From Candidatus Krumholzibacteriia bacterium (GTDB taxonomy: Bacteria; Krumholzibacteriota; Krumholzibacteriia; LZORAL124-64-63), in contig JAZBOO010000202.1 of the NCBI GenBank assembly GCA_036351155.1, positions 1 through 34,437 of the forward strand: a stretch of 34,437 nucleotides of DNA, written 5' to 3'. Shown here one piece after another: positions 18,354 through 27,000 of the stretch. A program made the position numbers and the translations under genes. How positions within the stretch are numbered: the stretch's first letter is position 1; each line of letters starts with the position of its first letter. The notes under the pieces are model-generated. The model was not told the origin of the DNA. It was given only the letters and a program-made list of their open reading frames with translations, and did no database searches.

Positions 18354-19187
18354 ATGATTCGGCGTTTTTTCTTCAGTATTGCTGCTTTGAGTCTGGCCTT
18401 GATCGCTTTCACCCCTGCCTTTTCTCAGCCGCAGCCCCGCTTCGTGTCCGGCAAGTTGCAGGAGGGTGCGGAGATCCAGATTTTCGGTTCGGGCTTCGGT
18501 GTGCGCCCCGCCGCGGACCAGGCTCTTCAGGGCGTGGTGGTGGGCGACGCGCCCCGGTGGGACGATTGCGATTTTCGCCGGCCATTGCCGGTGGAGAAGT
18601 GGGAAGACGGCGTGATCCAGTTCACTTTTCTGGAAGAGGGTTTGCGCGCGCAGCAAGATTTCTATCTCTACGTGGCCGACAGTCAGGGCAAGGTCAGTTC
18701 GGCCATCGGTCCCTGGAAACGCGGAATGGGAATTCTCAACGACCCGGAAAACAAGATTCCCCTGGAAAATGATGGGGAGCGGTGGGTTCCTGGGGAGGCT
18801 GCGGAGGACACTCCGCAGGCACCGGGAGTTCCCTCGCAGCCCGGCTGGTTTGAGGTTCCCACCAGGTTTTCTCGTCAGGTCTCCTTTGCGACCGGTGAAG
18901 CCGATTCTCTCCTGGCCCGATATTCCTCTGACGGTGCCGTGTCTGGCATGCCGGCCGTCTGGATGGGAAACCATCAGGACTTTGAAGAATGCACCTGGCT
19001 TGAGCCTGCCCGGGTGGTGGAAGTCAAGTCTGGTGAGATCATCTGCTCTTTTCAGAGTGAGGCCGCCGATCCAGAAGAAACGGTTTTCTTCTTCGTGGAA
19101 ACCGAGCCGGGGATGAAGAGTGAGGGGTTGATGGTGCAGACCACGGTGCTGGGGCCTGGGCAGATCGGGCAACCGGTATTGAGGTAG
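18354..19187 (+). CDS. Secreted hypothetical protein with an internally duplicated beta-rich domain
   Basis: GGAGGGG SD before ATG 18354; signal peptide (PAFS/Q); IPT/TIG-like IQIFGSGFG; two related Cys-containing units. Confidence 0.6.
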   Translation: MIRRFFFSIAALSLALIAFTPAFSQPQPRFVSGKLQEGAEIQIFGSGFGVRPAADQALQGVVVGDAPRWDDCDFRRPLPVEKWEDGVIQFTFLEEGLRAQQDFYLYVADSQGKVSSAIGPWKRGMGILNDPENKIPLENDGERWVPGEAAEDTPQAPGVPSQPGWFEVPTRFSRQVSFATGEADSLLARYSSDGAVSGMPAVWMGNHQDFEECTWLEPARVVEVKSGEIICSFQSEAADPEETVFFFVETEPGMKSEGLMVQTTVLGPGQIGQPVLR

Positions 19188-19198
19188 CACACCCCCCT

Positions 19199-19305
19199 TT
19201 TTCCAACGGGTTGGAAAATTTTACAGGGCCATCTGTAAGGAAATCTGGTCGAGATATCCCACGGCCGGTGGCCTGAAATGGTGGGCAATTTCCCGGAAGA
19301 GAAGT
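19199..19305 (+). repeat. 107-bp direct repeat, copy 1 (truncated attC-like element)
   Basis: Matches 19619-19725 with 8 substitutions at an offset of 420 bp; starts with palindrome TTTTCCAAC-NN-GTTGGAAAA. Confidence 0.9.
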
Positions 19306-19351
19306 GATCTGCACTCACTGACAGAGCACTGGCAACTGAGGGAGTGGAAGA

Positions 19352-19516
19352 ATGCGAATCCCCCCGAGTGACTACGCAGTTGGTTGGCTAACTTTAGCAC
19401 TCCTCAATGCAGGCCTGGCACAATGCAAGGGGCGGCGCGGCCTTATTTGGTGGCTACTGTCTCTGTTGCTTGGACCGTTAGCCACATTCTTGTTGGTCGT
19501 TATGCCTGCGAAATAG
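19352..19516 (+). CDS. Small membrane protein (54 aa), cassette ORF absent from the ORF track
   Basis: GAGGGAG SD; MRIPPSDYAVGWLTLALLNAGLAQCKGRRGLIWWLLSLLLGPLATFLLVVMPAK; two hydrophobic helices joined by AQxKGR, resembling a widespread small-protein family. Confidence 0.75.
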   Translation: MRIPPSDYAVGWLTLALLNAGLAQCKGRRGLIWWLLSLLLGPLATFLLVVMPAK

Positions 19517-19556
19517 TCGAGAGAGAACAGGGGGCAGGTACCGTATTCGATGCGAC

Positions 19557-19730
19557 ACCTCACCCTGGTTTGCAGCGGACTCTCGACACTTCCGGGTCCA
19601 ACCGGAATTGAACCCGGATTTTCCAACCAGTTGGAAAATTTTACAGGGCCATCGGTAAGGAAATCTGGTCGAGATATCCCACAGCCGGTGGCCTGAAGTG
19701 GTGGGTAAATTCCCAGAAGAGAAGTTAGGT
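19557..19730 (+). mobile_element. Degenerate long attC-like site containing repeat copy 2
   Basis: ACCTCAC (R'', one mismatch to ACCTAAC), TTGCAGCGGAC (L''-like), TCTCGAC/GTCGAGA inner pairing and GTTAGGT (R') 17 nt before the next ATG. Confidence 0.5.
19619..19725 (+). repeat. 107-bp direct repeat, copy 2
   Basis: 99/107 identical to 19199-19305. Confidence 0.9.
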
Positions 19731-19747
19731 GGAGTTGGGGGGGGATC

Positions 19748-19978
19748 ATGAAGAGTCGACTCGTCCGTTCACTCGGGTTCTTTGCTTTAGTCGTCGTAGT
19801 ACTGCTGGCGGCCCTGGTTCTTCGGGCGTCTCGTCCGCATGAAGTCACTGTGGCGATCGAGGCCGCTGAGGGCACAAAACTCTCGGGCACATATCGAGTC
19901 GATGGGGAACTGTCACATTTCGATTCTGAAGCGCCGACAAGTTTCATTGTGGCTATAGCCAAACGGGCAGGCTTTTGA
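19748..19978 (+). CDS. Small exported or membrane-anchored hypothetical cassette protein, possibly truncated
   Basis: ATG just after GTTAGGT with GGAG upstream; N-terminal hydrophobic helix; stop ~70 bp before the next attC. Confidence 0.5.
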   Translation: MKSRLVRSLGFFALVVVVLLAALVLRASRPHEVTVAIEAAEGTKLSGTYRVDGELSHFDSEAPTSFIVAIAKRAGF

Positions 19979-20049
19979 GTTCGACTAGTGTTTGGGCAAA
20001 CAAAATTGTAGCGGCAACCGATTAGGACGTGGATAGAGAAATCGGTCCC

Positions 20050-20160
20050 AACTATCAAGCGTATGCACCTGACAAGCTCGCCAATAACTCGGCTTGCAGA
20101 ACAAGCATGGCGCCTTGGCCGCTACACGGCCTGAGCCTGCCGGTGAAATCACCGTTAGAT
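20050..20160 (+). mobile_element. Integron attC site (degenerate R'')
   Basis: AACTATC..CACCTGACAAGCTC / GAGCCTGCCGGTG..GTTAGAT; colinear similarity to the attC at 20863-20974. Confidence 0.65.
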
Positions 20161-20205
20161 TGATGAAGAACTTAGATTTCTGGGCCACTTCCACGCCTGG
20201 TCATG

Positions 20206-20243
20206 TGTCAATAATTGACAACTTTTGCTATTTTTTGTATGCT
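20206..20243 (+). promoter_or_regulatory. TA cassette promoter with operator palindrome
   Basis: TTGACA(20215)-17-TATGCT(20238); palindrome TGTCAAT-A-ATTGACA overlaps the -35. Confidence 0.75.
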
Positions 20244-20275
20244 GAGACCAGCTGAGAAATGAGGAGGTCTGAGCG

Positions 20276-20533
20276 ATGAATGTTTCTGTGGGTAAGGACT
20301 TTGAGGAATTTGTGAAGGGCAAAGTCGCCTCGGGTGACTATGCCTCAGTGAGTGAGGTCGTCAGAGAGGGCCTCCGCCTGCTCAAGGAGCGCGAGCTCAT
20401 GCTTGAGGCGAGGCTGCAGGCTCTGCGCGGTGAGATCCAAAAAGGTGTCGACCAGGCTCTGGCTGGAGAACTTCTCGACGGCCCCACGGTCATGGAGGAA
20501 CTGCGGCAGGAACTTCTGAAGAGAAAGTCGTAG
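20276..20533 (+). CDS. parD: ParD-like RHH antitoxin
   Basis: MNVSV..FEEFV..KVASGDYASVSEVVREGLRLL..LRGEIQKG; GAGGAGG SD. Confidence 0.88.
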   Translation: MNVSVGKDFEEFVKGKVASGDYASVSEVVREGLRLLKERELMLEARLQALRGEIQKGVDQALAGELLDGPTVMEELRQELLKRKS

Positions 20534-20534
20534 T

Positions 20535-20828
20535 TTGCCTGGGCACTATCTAGTTCCCCAAGCGCGAACCGATCTCCGAGAAATCCTGAGCTATATAGCC
20601 GAGGACAATGTCGATGCGGCCGACAAGGTTCTTGACCGTTTCCTGGAGATCTTCGAGCTCCTGGGAGATAATCCAGACGTGGGACATTTTCGAGAGGACT
20701 TGACCACTCACCCGGTTCGGTTTTTTCCTGTCTACTCGTACTTGGTGATATACATGTCGGGTACCAGCCCCGTCGAGGTCGTCCGAGTATTGGGTGGGGC
20801 TCAAGATATTGGGTCGATTTTGAAGTAG
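20535..20828 (+). CDS. parE: ParE/RelE family toxin
   Basis: ARTDLREILSYIAEDNVDAADK..LGDNPDVG..YLVIY..VEVVRVL; TTG start 1 nt after the antitoxin stop. Confidence 0.85.
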   Translation: MPGHYLVPQARTDLREILSYIAEDNVDAADKVLDRFLEIFELLGDNPDVGHFREDLTTHPVRFFPVYSYLVIYMSGTSPVEVVRVLGGAQDIGSILK

Positions 20829-20862
20829 GGCGCCGTGGCCTTCGCGGTCAAGCTGGCGAACA

Positions 20863-20974
20863 ATCTAACAACCGCTTTCACCCGACAAGCGCACCAGTCA
20901 CGCCGCTTGCTTGCGCAAATGTCGAACCCTGGCCGCTCCGCGGTCCGCGCTTGCCACTGAAGCCAACGTTAAAC
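20863..20974 (+). mobile_element. Integron attC site
   Basis: ATCTAAC (RYYYAAC) ... GTTAAAC (GTTRRRY); GCTTTCA/TGAAGC L-box pairing with one extrahelical base; CAAGCGC/GCGCTTG stem; 112 bp; next ORF begins 18 nt later. Confidence 0.8.
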
Positions 20975-20992
20975 TGTCAAGTGAGGAATTGA

Positions 20993-21613
20993 TTGGAACG
21001 ACACCTGGTTTTCATAGGAATCATTTTGCTGACCATAATGCCAATGGAAATCGGGCTTGCTCAGGATGCCATGGTGTCTGTGCGGTATGGTGGTGTTGAT
21101 TTTGACCAGAATGTCGTGGCGCGGTCTCAAAATAGTAGAGGCGCGGTTGCTGCTTCTCGCATTTTTGGCGGCGATATTTTGGGGCCTGAAGTCTTCATGG
21201 GGCTGCGACCTCAGCTTTCCATTGATCTGTTGTGGAGCGGTGAATCATGGAATTTTTCCGTGACGACCAGATCACGGGCAACATCATTGGGTTTGGTGAA
21301 GGTGTTTGGACTGGGGCGCGCACATTGTGAGGCTTTTGCTGGTGCAGCACACATTCAGGATAAGTATCAGATCGTCTTTGTTGAAGGTGAACACTACACT
21401 CATGAGCTGGCCAACTGGGGGTTTGCCGGGGGTGCCAAGTTAAGATTCCCGTTCTTGAATCAACTCGATGCCGTTGGCGGTTACCGCTTCTACACAAGGG
21501 CACAGGAAGAGTTTGACGGAAGCTTACCATTGGCTGGCCCATATGAGGTGACCGGGAGGTCAACGGATCATTGTTTTTGGTTCGGGGTTTGCTATGTGAT
21601 TGGGATGTCCTGA
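20993..21613 (+). CDS. Putative outer-membrane beta-barrel protein (cassette)
   Basis: GAGGA SD and TTG start; signal peptide (GLA/Q); alternating amphipathic strands ending FWFGVCY; codon usage unlike the flanking core genes. Confidence 0.55.
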   Translation: MERHLVFIGIILLTIMPMEIGLAQDAMVSVRYGGVDFDQNVVARSQNSRGAVAASRIFGGDILGPEVFMGLRPQLSIDLLWSGESWNFSVTTRSRATSLGLVKVFGLGRAHCEAFAGAAHIQDKYQIVFVEGEHYTHELANWGFAGGAKLRFPFLNQLDAVGGYRFYTRAQEEFDGSLPLAGPYEVTGRSTDHCFWFGVCYVIGMS

Positions 21614-21624
21614 CTCGAAAGAAA

Positions 21625-22029
21625 ATGACCCGAATGAACCATCCTCTTTTTCGCCTGTTCGCCTTATGCCTCATGGTCATGCAATGCACGGGGTGCGGAG
21701 CTTACCGGCTGGCAGCCATGCCAGGGAATGTGGAGCCGCAACCCGAGACGGTGCAAGTCGAGACCATCAAGGTCGGTGTGGACGTGAGAATTGAATTGAA
21801 AACCGGCGAGATCAAAAAGGGAGAGGTTTCGGCGGTTTCCGGTGAGCGGGTGGCTCTGAAAAAAGTCGGGAATTACGGGCTGGAACACGAGGAATACCTG
21901 TGGAGTGATATCCAGCAAATTGAAGTTTACAAGCCCGCTATTTTCGCGAGCTTTGTGACCACTGCGGTGGGCGTGTTTGCTAGCTATGCGGCATTGATGA
22001 TCATCGCGTTGACCCAGATGGGCGATTAG
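21625..22029 (+). CDS. Hypothetical lipoprotein with C-terminal TM helix
   Basis: CTGC lipobox; Sm/LSm-like VRIELKTGEIKKGEV..V segment; hydrophobic C-terminus. Confidence 0.55.
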   Translation: MTRMNHPLFRLFALCLMVMQCTGCGAYRLAAMPGNVEPQPETVQVETIKVGVDVRIELKTGEIKKGEVSAVSGERVALKKVGNYGLEHEEYLWSDIQQIEVYKPAIFASFVTTAVGVFASYAALMIIALTQMGD

Positions 22030-22035
22030 TACCCA

Positions 22036-22539
22036 TCAAAGAAGATCCAGATAAGCCCCCTCGACCAGATCGCTCCGGTCGATGCCCAGTTCCGCCATCA
22101 AGGCCCAGGCTTCTTTCTCGCCCGCCTCGGCCGATTCGCCCTCTCGCAAAACCACTTCCAGTTCCATGAACCAGCCCAGGTGGGCCACCTCGTCAATGTG
22201 GATCCGGGTGCGGCCCTTGAGAAACAGGGTGCGGGTTTTGCTCACCACGCCAAGCAGCCCCAACGCCCCCTCCAGCACCGTGGAAAGCCCCTGCGGATCG
22301 TCGGTGCAAAAAATGGCGTAATCCGACACCTTGGGACCGGTGGCGTCGGGGCGGCAGTAGCGGATCAGTTCGCCGGTGCCGTCACCGAACTCGCGCAGCT
22401 TCAGGCGTCCCTGGGGCACCACGAAAAAGGTGTCGCGCTGGTGGATGATTTCACGGGGACGATCGGCCAGTTCCGCGGCGCGGGCCAGCAACGATTCAGG
22501 GGAGGCCACCCTGGCCTTGATCTCAACATTGGCCGGCAT
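22036..22539 (-). CDS. CYTH-domain protein / class IV adenylate cyclase-like
   Basis: NVEIKAR, QRDTFF, GRLKLR, KTRTLF..TRIHIDEV..LGWFMELEVVL; AAAGGA SD before ATG 22539. Confidence 0.88.
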   Translation of the reverse strand: MPANVEIKARVASPESLLARAAELADRPREIIHQRDTFFVVPQGRLKLREFGDGTGELIRYCRPDATGPKVSDYAIFCTDDPQGLSTVLEGALGLLGVVSKTRTLFLKGRTRIHIDEVAHLGWFMELEVVLREGESAEAGEKEAWALMAELGIDRSDLVEGAYLDLL

Positions 22540-22656
22540 GGGAGTCCTTTCAAGGGACGAGGCCGGATGTAGTTCTGCCTGCGAAGATGTGGTAGTTTTG
22601 GGCAAAGGTTCCCCGGAATCAACCCCTCATTTTGACTTTCTGAAAGGTGTTCTGCC

Positions 22657-23973
22657 GTGCAGAGTTATCGCCTCGCCCCATTGATTCTGATGACCCTGGC
22701 CCTGACCACGCTCCTCTTATTGAGCGCCTGCGACGACGACCCCACCGAGCCGGAGGACACCCTACACCTGTCCGATCAGGTGGATTTTCTGGATCCCGAT
22801 CTGGCCCACGACTCCTACGTGCTGATGAACCCCATCGATGCCCATTCCTTCCGCTTGATCGACAAGACCGGGGCGCGGCTTTTCGGCTGGGACATTCCCA
22901 CCGATCTGCGCTTCGATGCCCAGTTGCTGCCCGATGGTCGCATCCTGGCCAACCTGGAACAGAACCTGGGGAACGACCAGACCCGTTTCTACGGGGGCGA
23001 GCTCAAGCTGATCAACCCCGACGGCAGCTTCGACTGGGAGATGACCTGGCAGGGACCCACCACGATCAGTCATCACGATCTGGAAATGCTGCCCAGCGGG
23101 AACATCCTGTTCATCGCCGTGGATGGGTACGATCCGGTGACCGCCGCGGCCATGGGATATGCCGCGGGCACCATGTTGCTGTCCGAATCCCTGATCGAGG
23201 TGGACCCGGCCACCAATGAGGTGGTCTGGCGCTGGGACGCCGCCGACCACTTCATCCAGGATCACGATCCCGAGGCGGCCAGCTTCGGCGACCCGGCCCA
23301 GCACCCCGGACGCATCGACCCGAACTACGGGCTGGTGCTGGATTTCCAGGCGGGCGATGTGTTCCACGCCAACGGCATTGCCTACGATGCCCAGCGGGAC
23401 CTGATTTTTCTGAGTGTGAACAACGTGTCCGAGGTGTGGGTGATCGACCATGACACCACCACCGAGGAGGCCGCCGGCCCGGCCGGGGATCTGGTCTATC
23501 GTTTTGGCAACCCCGAGGCCTGGCGCAACACGGCGGCCACGCGGCTGTTCTGGACCCAGCATCACCCCAACTTCGTGGCCCAGGGTTTGCCGGGTGCCGG
23601 CCACCTGATGATCTTCATGAACGGCCGGGCCATCCAGGGCCGGACCACGGACCAGTCGGTGGTGTACGAGCTGGTATTGCCTGCCACGCTGACCCAGCAG
23701 CCCGGAGTGGCCAATGAGCCCACGGTGTTCTGGAGCTGGACCGATCCCGACCTCTTCGGCGGTCACCTGGGCAGCGCCCAGCGCTTGCCGGGCGGCAACA
23801 CCTTGGTTGCCGAGGGCGATTACGGGTTCTGGGAAGTCACCGCCACGGGCGAGGTGGCCTGGAAGTACCGGTACGAGGGTGAGGGCATCGAGGAGGTGCC
23901 TGGAGCCGCTGTCTGGCGGGGCTACTCCATCGAGAAAAACGATCCCGCCTTGACCATTCTGGGCGTGGATTAA
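22657..23973 (+). CDS. Arylsulfotransferase (ASST) family lipoprotein
   Basis: LSAC lipobox; SHHD, FHANGI, QHHP, LVYRFGNP and SAQRLPGGNTL motifs of the ASST propeller family. Confidence 0.8.
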   Translation: MQSYRLAPLILMTLALTTLLLLSACDDDPTEPEDTLHLSDQVDFLDPDLAHDSYVLMNPIDAHSFRLIDKTGARLFGWDIPTDLRFDAQLLPDGRILANLEQNLGNDQTRFYGGELKLINPDGSFDWEMTWQGPTTISHHDLEMLPSGNILFIAVDGYDPVTAAAMGYAAGTMLLSESLIEVDPATNEVVWRWDAADHFIQDHDPEAASFGDPAQHPGRIDPNYGLVLDFQAGDVFHANGIAYDAQRDLIFLSVNNVSEVWVIDHDTTTEEAAGPAGDLVYRFGNPEAWRNTAATRLFWTQHHPNFVAQGLPGAGHLMIFMNGRAIQGRTTDQSVVYELVLPATLTQQPGVANEPTVFWSWTDPDLFGGHLGSAQRLPGGNTLVAEGDYGFWEVTATGEVAWKYRYEGEGIEEVPGAAVWRGYSIEKNDPALTILGVD

Positions 23974-23977
23974 CGGC

Positions 23978-24010
23978 AAAAAAAGGCGCCGCCCCCGAAG
24001 GAGCGGCGCC
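23978..24010 (-). terminator. Intrinsic terminator of the tricorn operon (possibly bidirectional)
   Basis: GGCGCCGC/GCGGCGCC stem with A7 on the + strand (U7 on -), between convergent genes. Confidence 0.85.
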
Positions 24011-24032
24011 ATCTTGTTTGTACCCCGAGGGG

Positions 24033-27000
24033 CTACTTCTTGTTCCGCGGGAAGTCGCCGTGTCGCGGCACGACCACGGGTTCATCCTCGATCTTCTTCA
24101 GCAAAACCTCGACCGCTTTTTCCAGCTGAGGATCGCGCCCGGCCATGACCTCGTGAGGCAGGTTGTCGAGCGGAATGGTGGGGTCCACCCCGTAGTTCTC
24201 CACGTCCCACTGGCCGTGGACGTTGAACAGGCCGAACTCGGGGAAGGTCACGCCGCCGCCGTCCATCAGCTGGATACCGCGGCTGATGCCGACCAGACCA
24301 CCCCAGGTCCTGGTGCCGATGACCTCACCCAGCTCGTAGTACTGGAAGTAGTAGGGCAGGGCGTCGCCGCCGCTGCCGGCGTAGCCGTTGCTGATCATGG
24401 CCATGTGACCCAGGAAGGCCGTGCCCGGCGTGCGCCAGTCCTGGCCGTAACGGGGCTTCCACAGGTTGACCAGCTTCTGGCGCAGGATGTTCATGAAAAA
24501 GTCCGGAATGAACCCGCCGCCGTTGAAGCGCTCGTCGATGATCAGGCCGTCCTTGCGCAGGTTGGGATAATAGCCCTTGGCAAAGCCCACCTGACCGCCC
24601 ACGGCGGTGTTGGGCATGTGCAGGTAGCCGATCTTGCCGCCGGAAAGCTCGTCCACCTTGCGGCGGTTGTCCTGGACCCAGGCCTCGTAGCGCAGGTTGG
24701 CCTCGCTGGCGATGGGCTCCACGGTGACCTCGCGGCTGTCCTTGCCGTCGGGATTGGTGCTCACCTCGAGCACCACCTGCTGGCCTACCTTGTTCTCCAG
24801 GAGGCTGTACGGATTGGTGGCGGTGGTCAGGTTCACCCCGTCGATGCTGATCAGGTAGTCGAGCTCCTTCACGTCCACACCGGGCTGGTGCAAAGGCGTG
24901 GGGGTGCTGCTGTTCCAGTCGCGATCGGTGAAGATGCGTTCGAAACGATAACGCCCGCTCTCACGATCCACGCTGAAGTCACAACCCAGCAGGCCGGTGC
25001 CCACCCGCTTGGGCCGGGGTCGGTCGCCGGGGCGCGCGTAGCTGTGTGAGCTGTTCAGCTCGCCGATCAACTCACCCAGCAGATAGGTGAAGTCGCTGCC
25101 GTGGGCCACGTAGGGCACCAGCTGGCCGTAGCGCTGGTACATACGGTCCCAGTCCACGCCGTGCATGCCGGGATCGTAGAAGAAGTCGCGCTCCTGACGC
25201 CAGGCATCGCGGAACATCTGCCGCCACTCGGCGCGAGGGTCCACCTTGGCCTGCATCTCGTCGGTGCGCAGACTTTTCTTGGCCGGTTTCTGCTCGGGCT
25301 TGGCGTCGATGATGCCGAACTTGCCGCCGCGCTGACGGTAGAAGATCTTCTTGCCGTCGGCGGACAGTGCATAGCCCCACACCCCGCTCAGCACGTCCTT
25401 CTCTTCCCGCTCCTCCAGGTCGTACAGCTTGATGGAGGTGGTGGCGTTCTGATTACCTCGCCCGCCGCCGGGGGTGAAGGGGCGGCTCATGTAGAACAGC
25501 TTGCCCTTGGTGAAGCTCAGGTTGGAGTAATTGCCGGGCGAGACGTCCAGCTCGACCATGCGGCTGGCCAGTCCGTCCAGGTCGATGACGAGGGGGGTGT
25601 CCTTGTCCTTCTTGTCTTTCTTGTCCTTGTCCTCGTCTTCGCCCTCATCCTCGTCTTTTTTCTCGTCCTTCTTGTCGTCTTCCTCTTCTTCCTTCACCTC
25701 GACCTCGTCGCTCTCGGGGGCGAAGGGATTTTCCACGTCCTCGCGCAAGGTGACCAGGTACAGGCCATCCTGGTTGGCCCAGATGGGCTTGAGGTCGAAG
25801 CCACCCAGGGTGGGGTTGAACTCGGTGGCCGAGGCGAAGAACAGGTACTTGCCCTCGTCGTCGAAGCAGGGGGCCGTGTCGATGGTGAAATCGCTGGTCA
25901 CGCGGTGCACCTTCTTGTCGGCCACGTTGTACAGGAAGATCGAACTGAAGCCGTTGGCCTCGCCCTTGGCATAGGCCACCCAGCCACTTTTCGGGCCCCA
26001 GGCCACCTGGCGGATCTCGTCGGTCGTCGACTGGTCGATGTGGGTCTGCTTGCCGCTCTCGGCATCGATCAGCCACAGGTTCAGGGCCGCATCGCTCAGC
26101 AGCAGATGCTTGCTGTCCGGCGACCACACCATGCCCATCTTGTAGGTCTTGCTGCCCTTGGTCAGCTGCCTGGGCTCATCCTTGCCGTCGGACGGGGCCA
26201 GCCAGATTTCGTACTCGCCGGTCTGGTCGCTCAGATAGGCCACGTACTTGCCGTCGGGGGACCACACCGGTTCGCGTTCGCGAATACCTGGCGTGGCCGT
26301 CAGGTTGCGCACGTTGCCCTTCTCGGCGGGTACGGTGAAGATATCGCCGCGTGCGCCGAACACCGCACGCTGGGCATCGGGGGCGATGTCCCCGGAGTCG
26401 ATCAGCCCATCGACCTTCTTCAGGCTGGGCCGGGTCAGGACATTGTCGCTGCGCAGGCTGACGGTGACCTTGCGGGTTTTCTCGGTGGCCAGATCCAGTA
26501 CGTACAGCCAACCGCCGTTCTCGTACACGATGGCGTCGGGGCCCAGGCTGGGATTCTTGACGTCGTATTCCTTGTGGTCGGTCACCTGACGTTTCACACC
26601 GGTCCTGGTGTCGTGGGCCCAGATCTGCAGACGACCGGTCTTGTCGCTGTTGTAGTAGATGGTGTCGCCATGCCACATGGGGAAGTTGTCGCTGCCGATC
26701 CAGTCGGTGATCTGCTCGGTGGTGTTCTTGTCGAAGTCGTACACCCAGACGTCCTGCGCCATGCCGCCCTTGTAACGCTTCCAGGTACGGTCTTCCCGGG
26801 TGATGCGGTTGAAGGCCAGGCGGTGGCCGTCAGGAGCGTAGCTCGACAGACCGGCCGTGGGCAGGGGGATGCGCCGGGGCAGGCCGCCGTCGACCGACAC
26901 GGTGAACAGCTGCATGTCGCGCCCCGTCAGGCTTTCCCGCCGGCTCTGGAAGCGCACGTGCTTGCCGTCGGGCTGCCAGTCCATGACCCGGTCGCCGCCG

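Noticed and set aside
19386..19483. GGCTAAC...GTTAGCC pair resembling attC R boxes
   Set aside because: Lies within the 19352-19516 coding sequence and lacks convincing L-box or inner pairing.
19199..19725. Repeats as a CRISPR array
   Set aside because: Only two 107-bp copies 420 bp apart, separated by a gene; no regular spacers and no cas genes.
19372..20194. ORF-track ORFs 19372-20058(-), 19384-19611(+) and 19985-20194(-)
   Set aside because: They run through repeats or attC sites and conflict with better-supported + strand cassette ORFs.
25595..25712. Pyrimidine-rich low-complexity repeat
   Set aside because: Encodes the D/E/K-rich linker of tricorn on the minus strand; an ordinary feature.
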